In this document: positions 27,654-39,600 of the stretch, in pieces
How positions within the stretch are numbered: the first letter of the stretch is position 1
Layout: every line of letters starts with the position of its first letter
Source: Candidatus Danuiimicrobium aquiferis
GTDB lineage: Bacteria; Omnitrophota; Omnitrophia; Omnitrophales; Danuiimicrobiaceae
DNA: 64,000 bases
Reading direction: 5' to 3'
Assembly: GCA_001804285.1 (NCBI GenBank)
Contig: MHFR01000048.1
Location: 43,622 to 107,621, forward strand
Position numbers and translations under genes: made by a program
Notes under the pieces: model-generated
The model's input: only the letters and a program-made list of their open reading frames with translations
What the model was told of the DNA's origin: nothing
The model's database searches: none

Positions 27654-30600
27654 ATGCATTTTGGGATTAAACAAAAAAACAAATCATTTAATCTAAGCGT
27701 AAAACGAGCCACTCTCTCTATTTTTTCATCCCGTTTTCTTCGTTCAATTGCCCTTGTTGTGTTGATTTGTTTTGTGACGACGAATATCACATGGGCAGAT
27801 GTGAGCGTTGGCGCATCGATCACCACCCTTCAAAATGAAATCCAATCGCTTGCCCTCAAGCCCTTTGCGATTCCCCGGGAAGCCGGACGGATCGAAGAAT
27901 TGTTTCTTCCTGACGGAATGTCCCCGGAAACACCGCTGATCGTCTATTTGCAGGATGCTCATACCAACTTGGGCGCGCAAGAGAATATCCAAAAAATTGT
28001 GCAGGAATTAGCGCCGAAACTCAAAATTGACACGGTCCTTGTCGAAGGCGGTACGGGCGAAATCGATTTGTCGGAATTGAAATCCTATCCGGATGAAAAA
28101 ATTAAAACCAACGTTACGCAGTTCTGGATGAAAGAAGCGGTTCTGAACGGAATCGAGCGCGCTGCGATATTAAGCAAAGCCAATTTCCGCCTCATTGGAA
28201 TTGAAGACAAGAATCTTTATGAAGAAGCCGGAAAGCACTTTGTAACGGCCAAGCAGGAATCGCAGGCATTTCTTGCCGAACTTGAGCCACGCTTGAAATT
28301 GATCAACGAAAAACGGAAAGCAAAATTCAATCAAGATTTGATGGTGTTCGATGATTTGACAAATATGTTCGAAAAGAAGCAGGAGCTCATGCCTCTTGTG
28401 AGCGTGATTGCCAATGAAGCCAGGAACCGCCATCTTGACCGCTGGAAATACGCGCAAGTTGAGAAGTTTATCAGTTTGATGCTGTTTGAAATTCGCGGTG
28501 GCAATCAGCAGCAACTTCTCAGAGCGAAAAAAGATTTAGACGCAAAACAATTTTTCAAAGAGCTTGAAGCTTTAAAACAAGAAGTCAAAGAATCGCTGTT
28601 TCAGAATGACGAAGAACGCGCGATTGACGCAGAGGCGCAGGGACTAAAGTTATTGCGCGATTTGGTGTCGCTCGAAGCCACGCCGGAGCAATATCAAAAT
28701 TTTCTGAAGGACCGCGAAAAGATTGAAAGATTGATTGAAAATAATTTTGGAATTCTGTCATCCCCGCATGCAGTAGGCGGGGATCCATGGATTCCCGCTT
28801 CCGCGGGAATGACAAAACCTCAAACGAATTCATCACTCGCCCTTGAATCCGCCATCGAATTTTACGAATCCGCAATTAAACGCGACGACATCTTATTTCA
28901 AAACCTGCAGGCGGCTCTATCAAAGCAATCTTCCAAACACATTTTTCTCGTCACCGGCGGATTTCATACGCCCGGCATTGTTGAAAAGTTGAAAAGCGCG
29001 AAGCTTTCGTACGTGCTCATTTCGCCGCAAGTGAGCGAAGAAGACAACGCCAGGCAATATTTAGAACGTGTCGCTGGCAAGCGCGCCGATTTGGAGGAAT
29101 TTAAATCAAAATACGGCCCTCACCCTAACCCTCTCCCTGAGGGAGAGGGCAGTCCAAATTTCTACAGGCAGTCCTCGCAGCGAAGCGGAGAGGGGAAGTT
29201 TAAGGGGACGGGTGAGGGGGAAACGTATGCCGTGCCCTCGGTCAGCCGGGCTGAAGTTGGAATCATCCGCGAATCCTTTGATTGGGCGGCAGAGCGATCT
29301 GGGGAGATCGACAATAGTCACTGGTCACCAGTCAATAGTGCCCCTTTTTCTACGAATGTCATCCCCGCAAAAGCGGGGATCCAGCGGGATTCCCGCCTCC
29401 GCGGGAATGACACAATATTCCGCTCCGAAGCGCGAAGTACGCAGAATCATGATCAGTACGATACCCCGGCCTATAGTCTTAATTCCGGTTTTGATTCAGA
29501 TGATACTGATGAAATTCAACGAATTTTGAGCGAGTTTCGCCGCATTTCCGGCATTTCTCGGAAAACGGTCCAACAATTTGCGAAGGAAGCTATTCAATCT
29601 GCAGGCAGCAAAGAGTTGCGGAGACTTCGCTTTGAATCAACGCCTCGCGAAAGATCAATATATTACTGGACTCTTTTGATTCTTGGCTGCATCACCGTCG
29701 GTTTAGGTGCCGCTTCAGCAGGTTGGGCGTGGTCCGCGGCCATCTTGCGGGATATGGGACAGAAGGATCATGTTTCATTTTGGACATCCGTTATTCCCAT
29801 GGCGATTGGGCTTGGGATTTTCATTGTCGGAGTCATTGTTTTAATTGCGCTTAACAGACCGTACCCGCTTAATGAAAAAAGTGTCTATGAACTCGCGTTG
29901 CGGTTTAAGTATCTTGATGGCGAAACATTTCGAAAACCATCCGATTCGGCAAACCTTCTCGCCCGTTCCGAAGTGCGTGGCGAAAGTGAAGCAAAAAAAC
30001 CGATTATTGATGTTCGCCGCCTTGAAGATCAGCACCATCGGCGATTTCAGGAACTCGTCGGGCTGTATCAAAAAATAAAACCCCAATCTGTAGCGGCTGA
30101 GATCAGGCTGTTTATTTTTGGCGCGATTTCTTTCATCAGTATGATAGTCGGTTTTTTTATGATGAGTAGTATCGAAAACCCCCGAGACCTTGTCACAATG
30201 ATAATGCCGTCTATCGCCATATCTCTTACGGCGCTTATGCCCACCATTTATTTTATGTGGAAAGCTAAAAAATTGGGGACACTTTTAAATAACATTCTGG
30301 GCAATTTCAGCGGCATGGAACTGACGAAAGAGGAACGCTCACAAAAACCGAAAAAATTAGAGCAGTTTTCTTTGAGATGGGGCGAGCGGTTTGATTTCGA
30401 GAGAAAACGGGGCAAACAATATCAGACGCCCAAATTGATTGAAGGCGGGCGGATGTTTGAAGAGGAAGGAGAATTTTTTTCATTGGATCAGAGGACGATC
30501 AATGATTTGGGTGTCGAATCGCTTTTGGAAAAACAGGATAGGACAAAGACAGGATTCGGACAGTCGCGGCTCGAATGGCTCATTAAACATCCGCTTCTAA

Positions 30601-33600
30601 CGCCGGGAAAAATCCGGGAACGGCAGGCGTCTATCGGTGAATTTATCCAAAATGAATCATTCCGGAAGATTATGGAAGAAAAATTTACACAATTGGGAGA
30701 AAAAATTCGAGACCGTGCCTTTTGGAGTTTTGACGTGCCGGATTTTCGCTACCGGCCGAATAAATGGATGGCGCTCGGGTTGACATTATGCAAATTTCTG
30801 CTGATTCCGGCGGGTATTTTATTGGCCGGCTATTCGTGGAAAATGCTTCCCGTTCCCTTTGTTTTGTTTTTAATGATTCGCAGCGCGTATCTGAATGAAA
30901 AAGTCATTCGAAGAGAATGGAAGGCGGTCGGAAAGTTTATCAATGAAATATTACCCGAACTTCGGCAAGCCGAATCGCCGTTACTTCAGAAAATTTACTC
31001 CGTGCTAAAGGATGCCGTCGATCCGCATGGCTCGGCCGGCATCGCTTCTTTTATCAACCGTCCCGGCATGTTGAATGGCGCGTGGGCGTATTTAAACAAA
31101 AGAAAAGAGTTACAGAGTGTCCTCGGCGCGATTGGCGAGCTTGAGAGCTTGTATTCCCAAGGGCAGGCGGCCGTTGACAATTTGGGATATCATGATTTTC
31201 CCGAAATATTGGATCGTGATACTTCCGTTTCTGGGCCAGAACAAGGCCGGCCGGTATTAAAGTTTGAAACGGAAAAATTGCATCATCCGGCCATTCCGTT
31301 TGAGAAATCCGTCGGAAATCCGGTCCGGTTCGCTTCGGATCATTCCTTTATGATTTTAACCGGCGCGAACATGGGCGGAAAATCGACCTTTCTCAAAACA
31401 TTGGCGCTTGCGATCATTCTCGCGCAAACGGGCGGGCCGATCCGCGGGTTCAACATGAAACTGACACCGGTCAAACTCATGACGCTTTTTGATGTCAGAG
31501 ATGACATTGCGGCAGGAAAGTCCAAATATGACGCACAGACAGACCGGCTCAAAGAAATGACTGATTTAGCGGCGTCAGATCCGAGAGTGATGTTATTTTT
31601 TGATGAAATGTTAAACGGAACCAACCCGGAAGATCATCTTGTGATCGAAGAAGGCACGATCCTCTACTTGGTGAAGCTCGGGATTTTCGGCATGTTAGCC
31701 ACGCATGATTTGGAAGTGACGGAACTCGAAACAGTCGAAAAGCAACCCGGCGTTTTCAATATGCATTTTGACGAAAAATTGGATGCCGACAGGAAGCCGC
31801 AAGCGGATTATGAGTTAAGCCAGGGACCCGTTGAAGGTTCAAACGCGATTTCCATTCTTGAAAGAAAAGGATATCCTCCGGAAATTATTGACGAAGCCAA
31901 ACGCCGCGCTCTGGTGAGACTGGAGAAAAAAGCAAAAGGGCAAGCACGGGCCGAAGTGCGCCACCTTGAAAATAGTGGCAAGGCGATTATTAATCGAGGC
32001 GCACGAGAGTCCTCGATACTTTCCAAGGGGCTTGTATCGAGGGCCGAAGTTCGTAACCTTGAGAATACAGAAGTCAGAAGTCAGAAGTCAGATATGTCAT
32101 TCCCGCAGGCTTCTGGCGGGAATCTGCGTTTGCTCGCCAGAGGCGAATTTGTCTTTGGCAGAGATTCCCGACAACAGATTTCGGGAATGACACCAGAATA
32201 TCGTTCCGAAGCCCGTGCGGATTCGGATTCCGACACGCCGGCTTATGTGTTGGATCCCGGTTTCGATCCAGAACAATATCCAGACGAAGTTCATACAATT
32301 CAACGAGCATTAACTAAAATTCGCCAAATCACAAACAAAAGCCAGGCAGAAGTTCAAACGGAAGCGAATAAACATATTCGCTTTAGCAATAATTATCCAT
32401 ACGCGCTATTGTGGCATAGCGAACCGGGATTATTTAACTTTGCCAGGGCAAAATGGAAATTTTTTCTGCTTGCCGGATTATGCCTCGCTTGTTTGCCATC
32501 TGCTGTGGCAATGTTTATATATTGGATTGCTCGACCTTTCAGTACCATACAGGAAGGAAGTGAATTTCATCACTCAAAATTCATTTTGTATTTTGGGCTT
32601 TTTCTTACTTTTGCGGGATATTATTTTTTACAAACATTTTTTGCTGCGCTGCCCGTGACGGAAGCGAATGTTTTCGCCATTTTTCGCGGAATCGATTTCA
32701 TCACGAAAGATGAATATCGGGATTTGACGTTAACTCTAAAGTCGTCGAACCCTTCTGCTGAAACTAGGGCTGAAGCGCGCGCGGAACCTGATTATGACAC
32801 GCCGGGATATAATTTAAGGCCGGGATTCGATGGCGACCAAATCAATACGCTTCAAGGCGCGTTAACCACAGTTCGGAAAGTAACGAAAAAGAGCAAGGAC
32901 GAAGTTCAGCGGGCCGCGAACAAATATCTCTGGCCATATCGCTTCCGTTTTTTCTCTTACTATGATGAAACGGGATTGTTCGACATCGCTCGTTTTAGAA
33001 ATCCGCCGGGAAAGATTCCCAATTATCTGCGTGCCTTTTTGAGTCCATCCGGACTTTTTTCCTTATTAGCCGCTTTGATTTTTGCGCTTGTTTTTGCCAT
33101 TCCTGTTGCTTTAGCGCAACGCTCTTTTATGAGAATGGTCCATGATGTCATGACAACGCTTACTTTCCCGCTCGGAATACAAATAGATGACGCGGCCGAA
33201 AGATTGCCTGCCTATACGCGCATGATTACCAATCCCTATTGGTGGGGAATTGTCTTTTTTATGGCCAATATATGGGCGGCAGCAACAGTGCTGAAATTGT
33301 TACGGGTCACGGAAGCGAACATTTATACCATTTTGTACCGTGTCGGATTCCTCACGAAAGACGAATATGAAGATTTGCTGAAAACTCTGGAATCGTCGCA
33401 ACCTCTTGGTCAAGAAACGCTTTCCGGGTCACGTTCTGCGGACAAACGGAAAATCGGGAGAAGGTCGCCCATTGAAGCGGCTTCCAATTATCTTTTGATG
33501 GGATTCGCCGAAGCGCGGCATCTTGCGCGCCTCCACCAACAAGCCATGCGCCTATCCGCTGCCGGGAGATATGTGCCCGCAAGAAACTTGCGTTTAAAAA

Positions 33601-36600
33601 CGATGATTTGGCGGGGAATTGTTATTAAGGGCGGAAAATGGATTGATATTTTTCAGTTGGTCAAAGAGTTCATGCGGGGATGGTTCGATATTTTTGATCT
33701 GCCCAAGAAGTTAATTAATCAACAAAGCATTCAGTTTCTTTCCTATGAATATTTAGGCGAAAGATATCATCGAGAAATGTTTCTTGATAGCGAAGAAGGA
33801 AATGCTCTCTACGGATTATTGGATGAAATGAAAAATGATCCGAAACGGTTTCCGGGAATTGATTGGTCGAAACATTCGGCCATTTATGGACATTGGGAAG
33901 TGTCGAGTTACCGGTATGAACGTTCCGAAGTTCGTAACCTTGCGCCGGAAAAGGGGACAGGCATATCCCTCAAAAGCGAACGATTGCCTGTCCCCTTTTC
34001 TGTTTTGACTTATGCTCCTGTGCTCTCGGCGGCGAAGTCCGCCGCCCGTTCCGAAACCCGCGCAGGAGCGGAAAAAGATCCGATCGGGCTGAGGAAAATA
34101 GAACAGATTGCCAGGGGATATAAAGATATCAGACGTTCGCGGCGAATGATTTATCCGAACATTATTCTTGATCGATGGCAATTGCCACCCGCTTTTGAAC
34201 CATACCAGGACGCCGTTCTCAACAGAAGAGCTCCCGAGTTTGAGGCGGGGATGGGCGTTGCTTTGATTGTGCCAGGTGAAGATATTAAAGCGGCGCTTCG
34301 AAAGAAGAAAGAACCAGAGGAACGGGTACAAGCGTTAATACGCCTCATCGAAACGATGGTAATTAAGGGGATCATGAAAGCGTGGCACGCGCGTGTTTTG
34401 AAATTCGGGTTAAAAGATGAAAAAAATCAATGGTCCGAAAAAGCGTTAAACAAGCCAGAAATCTTGCAAGTCGTGTTACAGGAATTGAGCGGTGAAAAAC
34501 TGGAAATTCTGAAACAATGCGTTGATATTTGGTTCAAGCGAATTCGAGAAGGACCGGAAGGGCGGTTGGGTAGCGGCTTGGTGTTGATTCAGAAAGACGC
34601 AGAACTTCTTTATGATTACCTCCGCAACGTTCATGCGCCTCATCAAAATTTGACGGGCTATCACAATATCGCAGGAAGCATTGTCGAATCTATTTTTCGG
34701 GGTGATATAGCGGCTAAAGTTCATTCTCTGGATGAATATGTTAAACAGTCCTGGGCGATGGAATTAACGGACGCGCTGCATACGTTAGAAACGCCAGCCA
34801 ATGCTTCGATTGCGGAAGCGGCCGTTGAACGAGTGACTCAAATTGCAGAACAATCGAAGAACAACCGGATCATCACGCTCGCCGGAAGTTTGGAAGATGC
34901 TTTAGCAGATGAAGAGCGGAAAAACAAATTGATTGCCAGAATCAAAACCATTTTGATAGATGAAAAATTAAAAGTGCTGGACTTTGCATTTTCCCGCCTG
35001 GAAGAAGCTGAAAAGCGCTTGCATGAAATGGAAGAATTCCAGCGTGAGCATCGGCACATGTTCACTATGCAAACCGACTATTATGCATTTGCGGATATTG
35101 CGGAAGGATATACGCGGCGCGTTGAAGAAATGTTCGGCCAAACGCCTAAGGATTATTCCGGACGCCGCATGAAGATGTTGATGAAAAATTTTGAAGAGAT
35201 GGAATTCCGGAACTTGGGAAGAAGCCAGCGTCAGGGTGGGGGACTACCTTTTACGACAGGTCTTCAGGTTGCAAAATTGTTGTGGGCGAGAGAGCGAAAG
35301 CCCGTTCGTGTATTGCGGGCTTTTAATCGCCTGATCAATAAGCAAGAATTGTTGGAAGCCGTAAAAGGTGTGAAAACCAGATCGAATGGTACCGCGAGGC
35401 CAGAAGAAGCAAAATCGCCGAAAGCGTATGTCGAGTTTCTGGGAGAGCACCGGATGAGTGCGATTGCTTTAGAGCTGGTGTATTACGGAATCGGAGAGGT
35501 GGCGCAGCAGCTCAGAGAAGATCTCGGGACCCACGCACAGGATGTCCTTGCTTATTTGAATAAAATGGAAATGCCTGCATTTCAGGGTGAGGGGGAATGG
35601 AAGGAAAAGTTGCATAAGCAAACAGCTGCCATTTTGAAGGCGTTGCGAGACATCGAGGGCATATTTGAAAAAGATGATGCAGAAAAAGATATATCTAAAA
35701 AACTATCGATTAACAAACGGGCTTCGATTGTATTCGAGCACGCGGCCAGGCTTCACCAAGAAATGGATCCAAGCTGGTTTCCGAATGATCGCACGATTGA
35801 TTTACTTCTACTTTACTGGACGAATACGTTTAAGGTGGGCGGAGCGGACCGTATTCACGAAGCGCTCGGCTCTATTTTGGAAAACGATTTATTCTATGAT
35901 TTCGAAGACGGAAAACGGAAACAAAAATCACCGGATGAAATTCTCAAGTTACTTGACACAAACCGCGCCCTTTCCCAATTGGCAACATTTGAGAGGAGGC
36001 AGCTTAAAAGCGTGCTATTTGAATTGGGCTTGATTAATCCCGAAGACGTGTATCCCGCCATGTTTAAATATGTGATGGAAAAAATCGGAACTGCAAAACC
36101 GCGCATGGTTGTTTTTTACGACCGGCATCTTCCGCTTGAAAACTCTTCCCCCATTATTGAAAGGATCGTCAAATCCGGGAAATATTCTTCCGATGATATT
36201 ATTTTTGTTCCATGGCCGGAATATACGACACCGCTTGGAGAGACGGTTGCTATTGCTGACGGGCTGATGGACTTGATGCGGCAAATGGCAAATCCGGAAC
36301 GGGGCAAACAGGTGCTTCCGGTTAAAAAATATTCGGTACGAGATCAACAATGGTTTGGAGAATTTGTGATCCGGGAAATTGCCGGAAAAATTTTCGAGCC
36401 GGAGGAACAAACAGCCCTTTTTCAGCAACAACAAAGGATCGGGACGAAATCATGGGGAGATATCGGGCCAATGCTCAAGAGTAGGCTGGGGAGTTTAGTC
36501 ATGAAGCCGTTATTGGCGGAAGCGGAAAAAAGAATCAAAGCAATTCATAGACCTGCGACTCAAGAAACGGGGGAAGGGGACGAGGAGACTCGAAGGTATG

Positions 36601-39600
36601 AGAGAGCTCTTTGGGATCGGTCTGGCGCTGTGACGAGGGAGACGAAACGGTTGATCGAAAAATTTTATGGTATGTTAAATGACGTGATGAACCGGATCGA
36701 TATCGGGAAACAGGCGGGCATTGAAGATGTTGAATTTCCGCCGAGCGAAGAACAATTCATTTATGCGCTGTTCCTCTATATGATGAAAAAAAGTTATCCG
36801 GACATGTTGTTTGTTTCTGTTCACCGTGATGTCATAATCAAAAAATCCGAAGATATTCAGTGGACGCTCGAAGAACTCCAGCAAGGTTTCCGATTGGTTA
36901 CGACCGACAAGGCAAAAGAAATTCATCAAGGACTCGAAATTCCGCAATTGTCGTGGAGAAAAAGATCACGGCAGGCGCATATTCATTTGGCGGTGGAGCA
37001 ACTTGTTTCTGCCAGGCGTGTCAATGCAGAAGTTCCTATTGTTTTTGTTGAGCTCAAACAGGATGCGCAAAAAATAGAATCAGTGCCGCAAGAAACATTG
37101 GCAAAGGCAATTTTGGGTTTATATGCTTTGAGCCTGTCGAATTTTGCTTCCTATTTTACTATTAGAGATGTTGTCCCTTCCCGAAGTGGTGTTTTGGGTG
37201 ACCCATATCGGATAGCGGATTATTTGTTAAGACCGGAGCCGGAAACAGAGGCGCAAATTGAACAAGGGGCAAAGGCTCTTGGGGAAAATTATTTCGATCG
37301 TGTTCTAACAAAAATGAAAGGGCAAGCCCGGGCCGAAGCGCGGAGTGATTTGAAGAGGCGGTCATTTGCCGAGGTTTTGTGGAATTATTTGTGGATGCCG
37401 AAGGAGGCCATTCAACTTGCAAAGTTGCATGCTGAAGCAAGAAAACTGGCACATGCGGGAAAATTTGATCAAGCCCGGGAACTTCGGATCAAGATATTTA
37501 TTTGGAGAGAAGTTGTTCTCGAAAAAGATCGTTGGTTAGGACCGGATCAATTTCGTGAAGCGATGTTTGGAGATTCTTCAATCGATTCTTTATTCATGAA
37601 TTTTGTTCAACATAAAATGCATCATGATGCGCCGACCCACTCAGATCAGATTGAAACGGTTGTCGATTTACTTTGGGAGGTTGAAAGCGATCACGTACAT
37701 TTTCCGGGATTCAGGGTGATTGTAGATGTCCGGAAAGGCCCGCAGGGGGTTGCGTGCCGTTATGATGAAAAGAAGCGATCAGAAGCGAGAAACGGAGAAG
37801 TCGCGAAGGAAATCCCTGAGGAGTTGGATTTTTACATTAAAGAGTTTTTATCGATTTTGCCGGAAAATAAACGTCCGAATATTAAAAAATTCAAAGCCGC
37901 AAATCAAGTGATCCGGACGAACTTGAACGATCCGGTACGTATTAAATATAAATTGCCGGTTACCATTGTTTTTAGACCCGAGTTTTTTATCCGCGGATTG
38001 CCGCCCGATTTACAACCCCGGGGGATGCCGTGGCAATTGGTATATACCAATCACGATTTGGCGGATGAGGCTTTTGAGTCTTTATTGGTTATCCACGGGA
38101 ATAAGGAAATTGAGGAGGTCAATCTTTCACAGGGCCCTGTGGATTATTTCATTTCTTCAAGCGAAAAGGCTTACCGGCATAAACGCCGGTCGATTTTGAG
38201 TTTTACACCGCTTGAAGGAAGAACCATGGATGACGTAAACCAGGGCACCAGTTATTTAGACGGTGCGTTTTCGGCGATTGTTGCAAAACCAATCAAAAGC
38301 AAAGGGGAATTAACAGAAAAACAACTTCAGAAAAAAACAGATGAACAGAAAAGAAAAATCATTGAGTTGTGGACGAAGTCGCTGGTAAATATTGGGATTT
38401 TGGGACAGGTATACATTGCGTCAACCGGAAACTTGATGCAGGCGGAAGAAATGGATTTGATTATCCAGTATGCATATGACATGGAATCTCTCGAGGAAGC
38501 AGAACAGAGACAGATGGCGCGTGGACAGCCATCCGGGGCAGTGGATTATCAGCCGGTATTTGGCCGAAGAGATTTACCTCCCGCGGTCGGAGTTTCCGAT
38601 GTAAATTTAGGAATTCCAAAGAAGAAATGGAAAATTCAAGGAATTGGCCCCGTGAATGCGATTCTTGCGCTGATCAAACATCCTGTGATTCAAAAAAAAT
38701 ATTTCGGGGGACAAGAACCGCCGCAAGTCAATGTCGGATTCTTTGGCTTTGGTCGTGTGGCCGCTCAAATGGCGAGTGTGGTGATATACGATTATGCGAA
38801 TATAACCCCCATTCAATTTAGCGGAATTATTGATGAAGCCCGGCAAATTTATTCGAAATGGGGAGAACTTCCCGTGCCCGTTCTTCAGGAATTGATTCGA
38901 CGGGTGAATCAGCGAGCAGATAGTCCGTTGCAAAAGTTGGCGCGCAGATTCCGGCGTTATGGTGTGCGAGAGCTTTCCAGCAATTCGGTACAACAAAAAG
39001 TATTGTCGGAAAATATTGATGTGCTTGTGCTTGCTTCGCCGCCGCAAACATTTGGAGAGAAAGAGGCCGAACGTTTTGAGGGGAAAATAGTTATCGAAGC
39101 CAACCAAAATGTGGCGACGAAAAAAGCCATTCAGATATTGAATCAACGAGGGATTAAATTTGTACCTTATTCGACGGTCAATATCGGAGAATCCTACGCT
39201 GCGCGCCATGAATTTGCGAATCCCTTTATGAAAGCCCCACGTTACGATAAAGAGTTTTATGTACTTAACGGAATCGTCGGGCATACATTCGCCAATATTT
39301 GGATGGGACTCGAATCGTTTGAGAAAAACCGTCTAAATCAGTGGAAAACGCTGATTCTATGGATTGTATCAGCTGCGCTGATTGGAACTGCCAGCGGATG
39401 GCTGGGAGGAATCCTTTTATCGATTCCCTTGATTGGAATTTCTGTCGGTTTTTCCCTTGGAACGATTGCTGGACTGATTGCGGCTTATATATTCGAGCCG
39501 CAAGCCGCGAAATCCATGGTTCAAACCGTGGGTGAACTCAATGAACGGATGAATCGTGAAATCGATGCGCTTGTTGTCGAAATGTATCACTTAACGCCGG

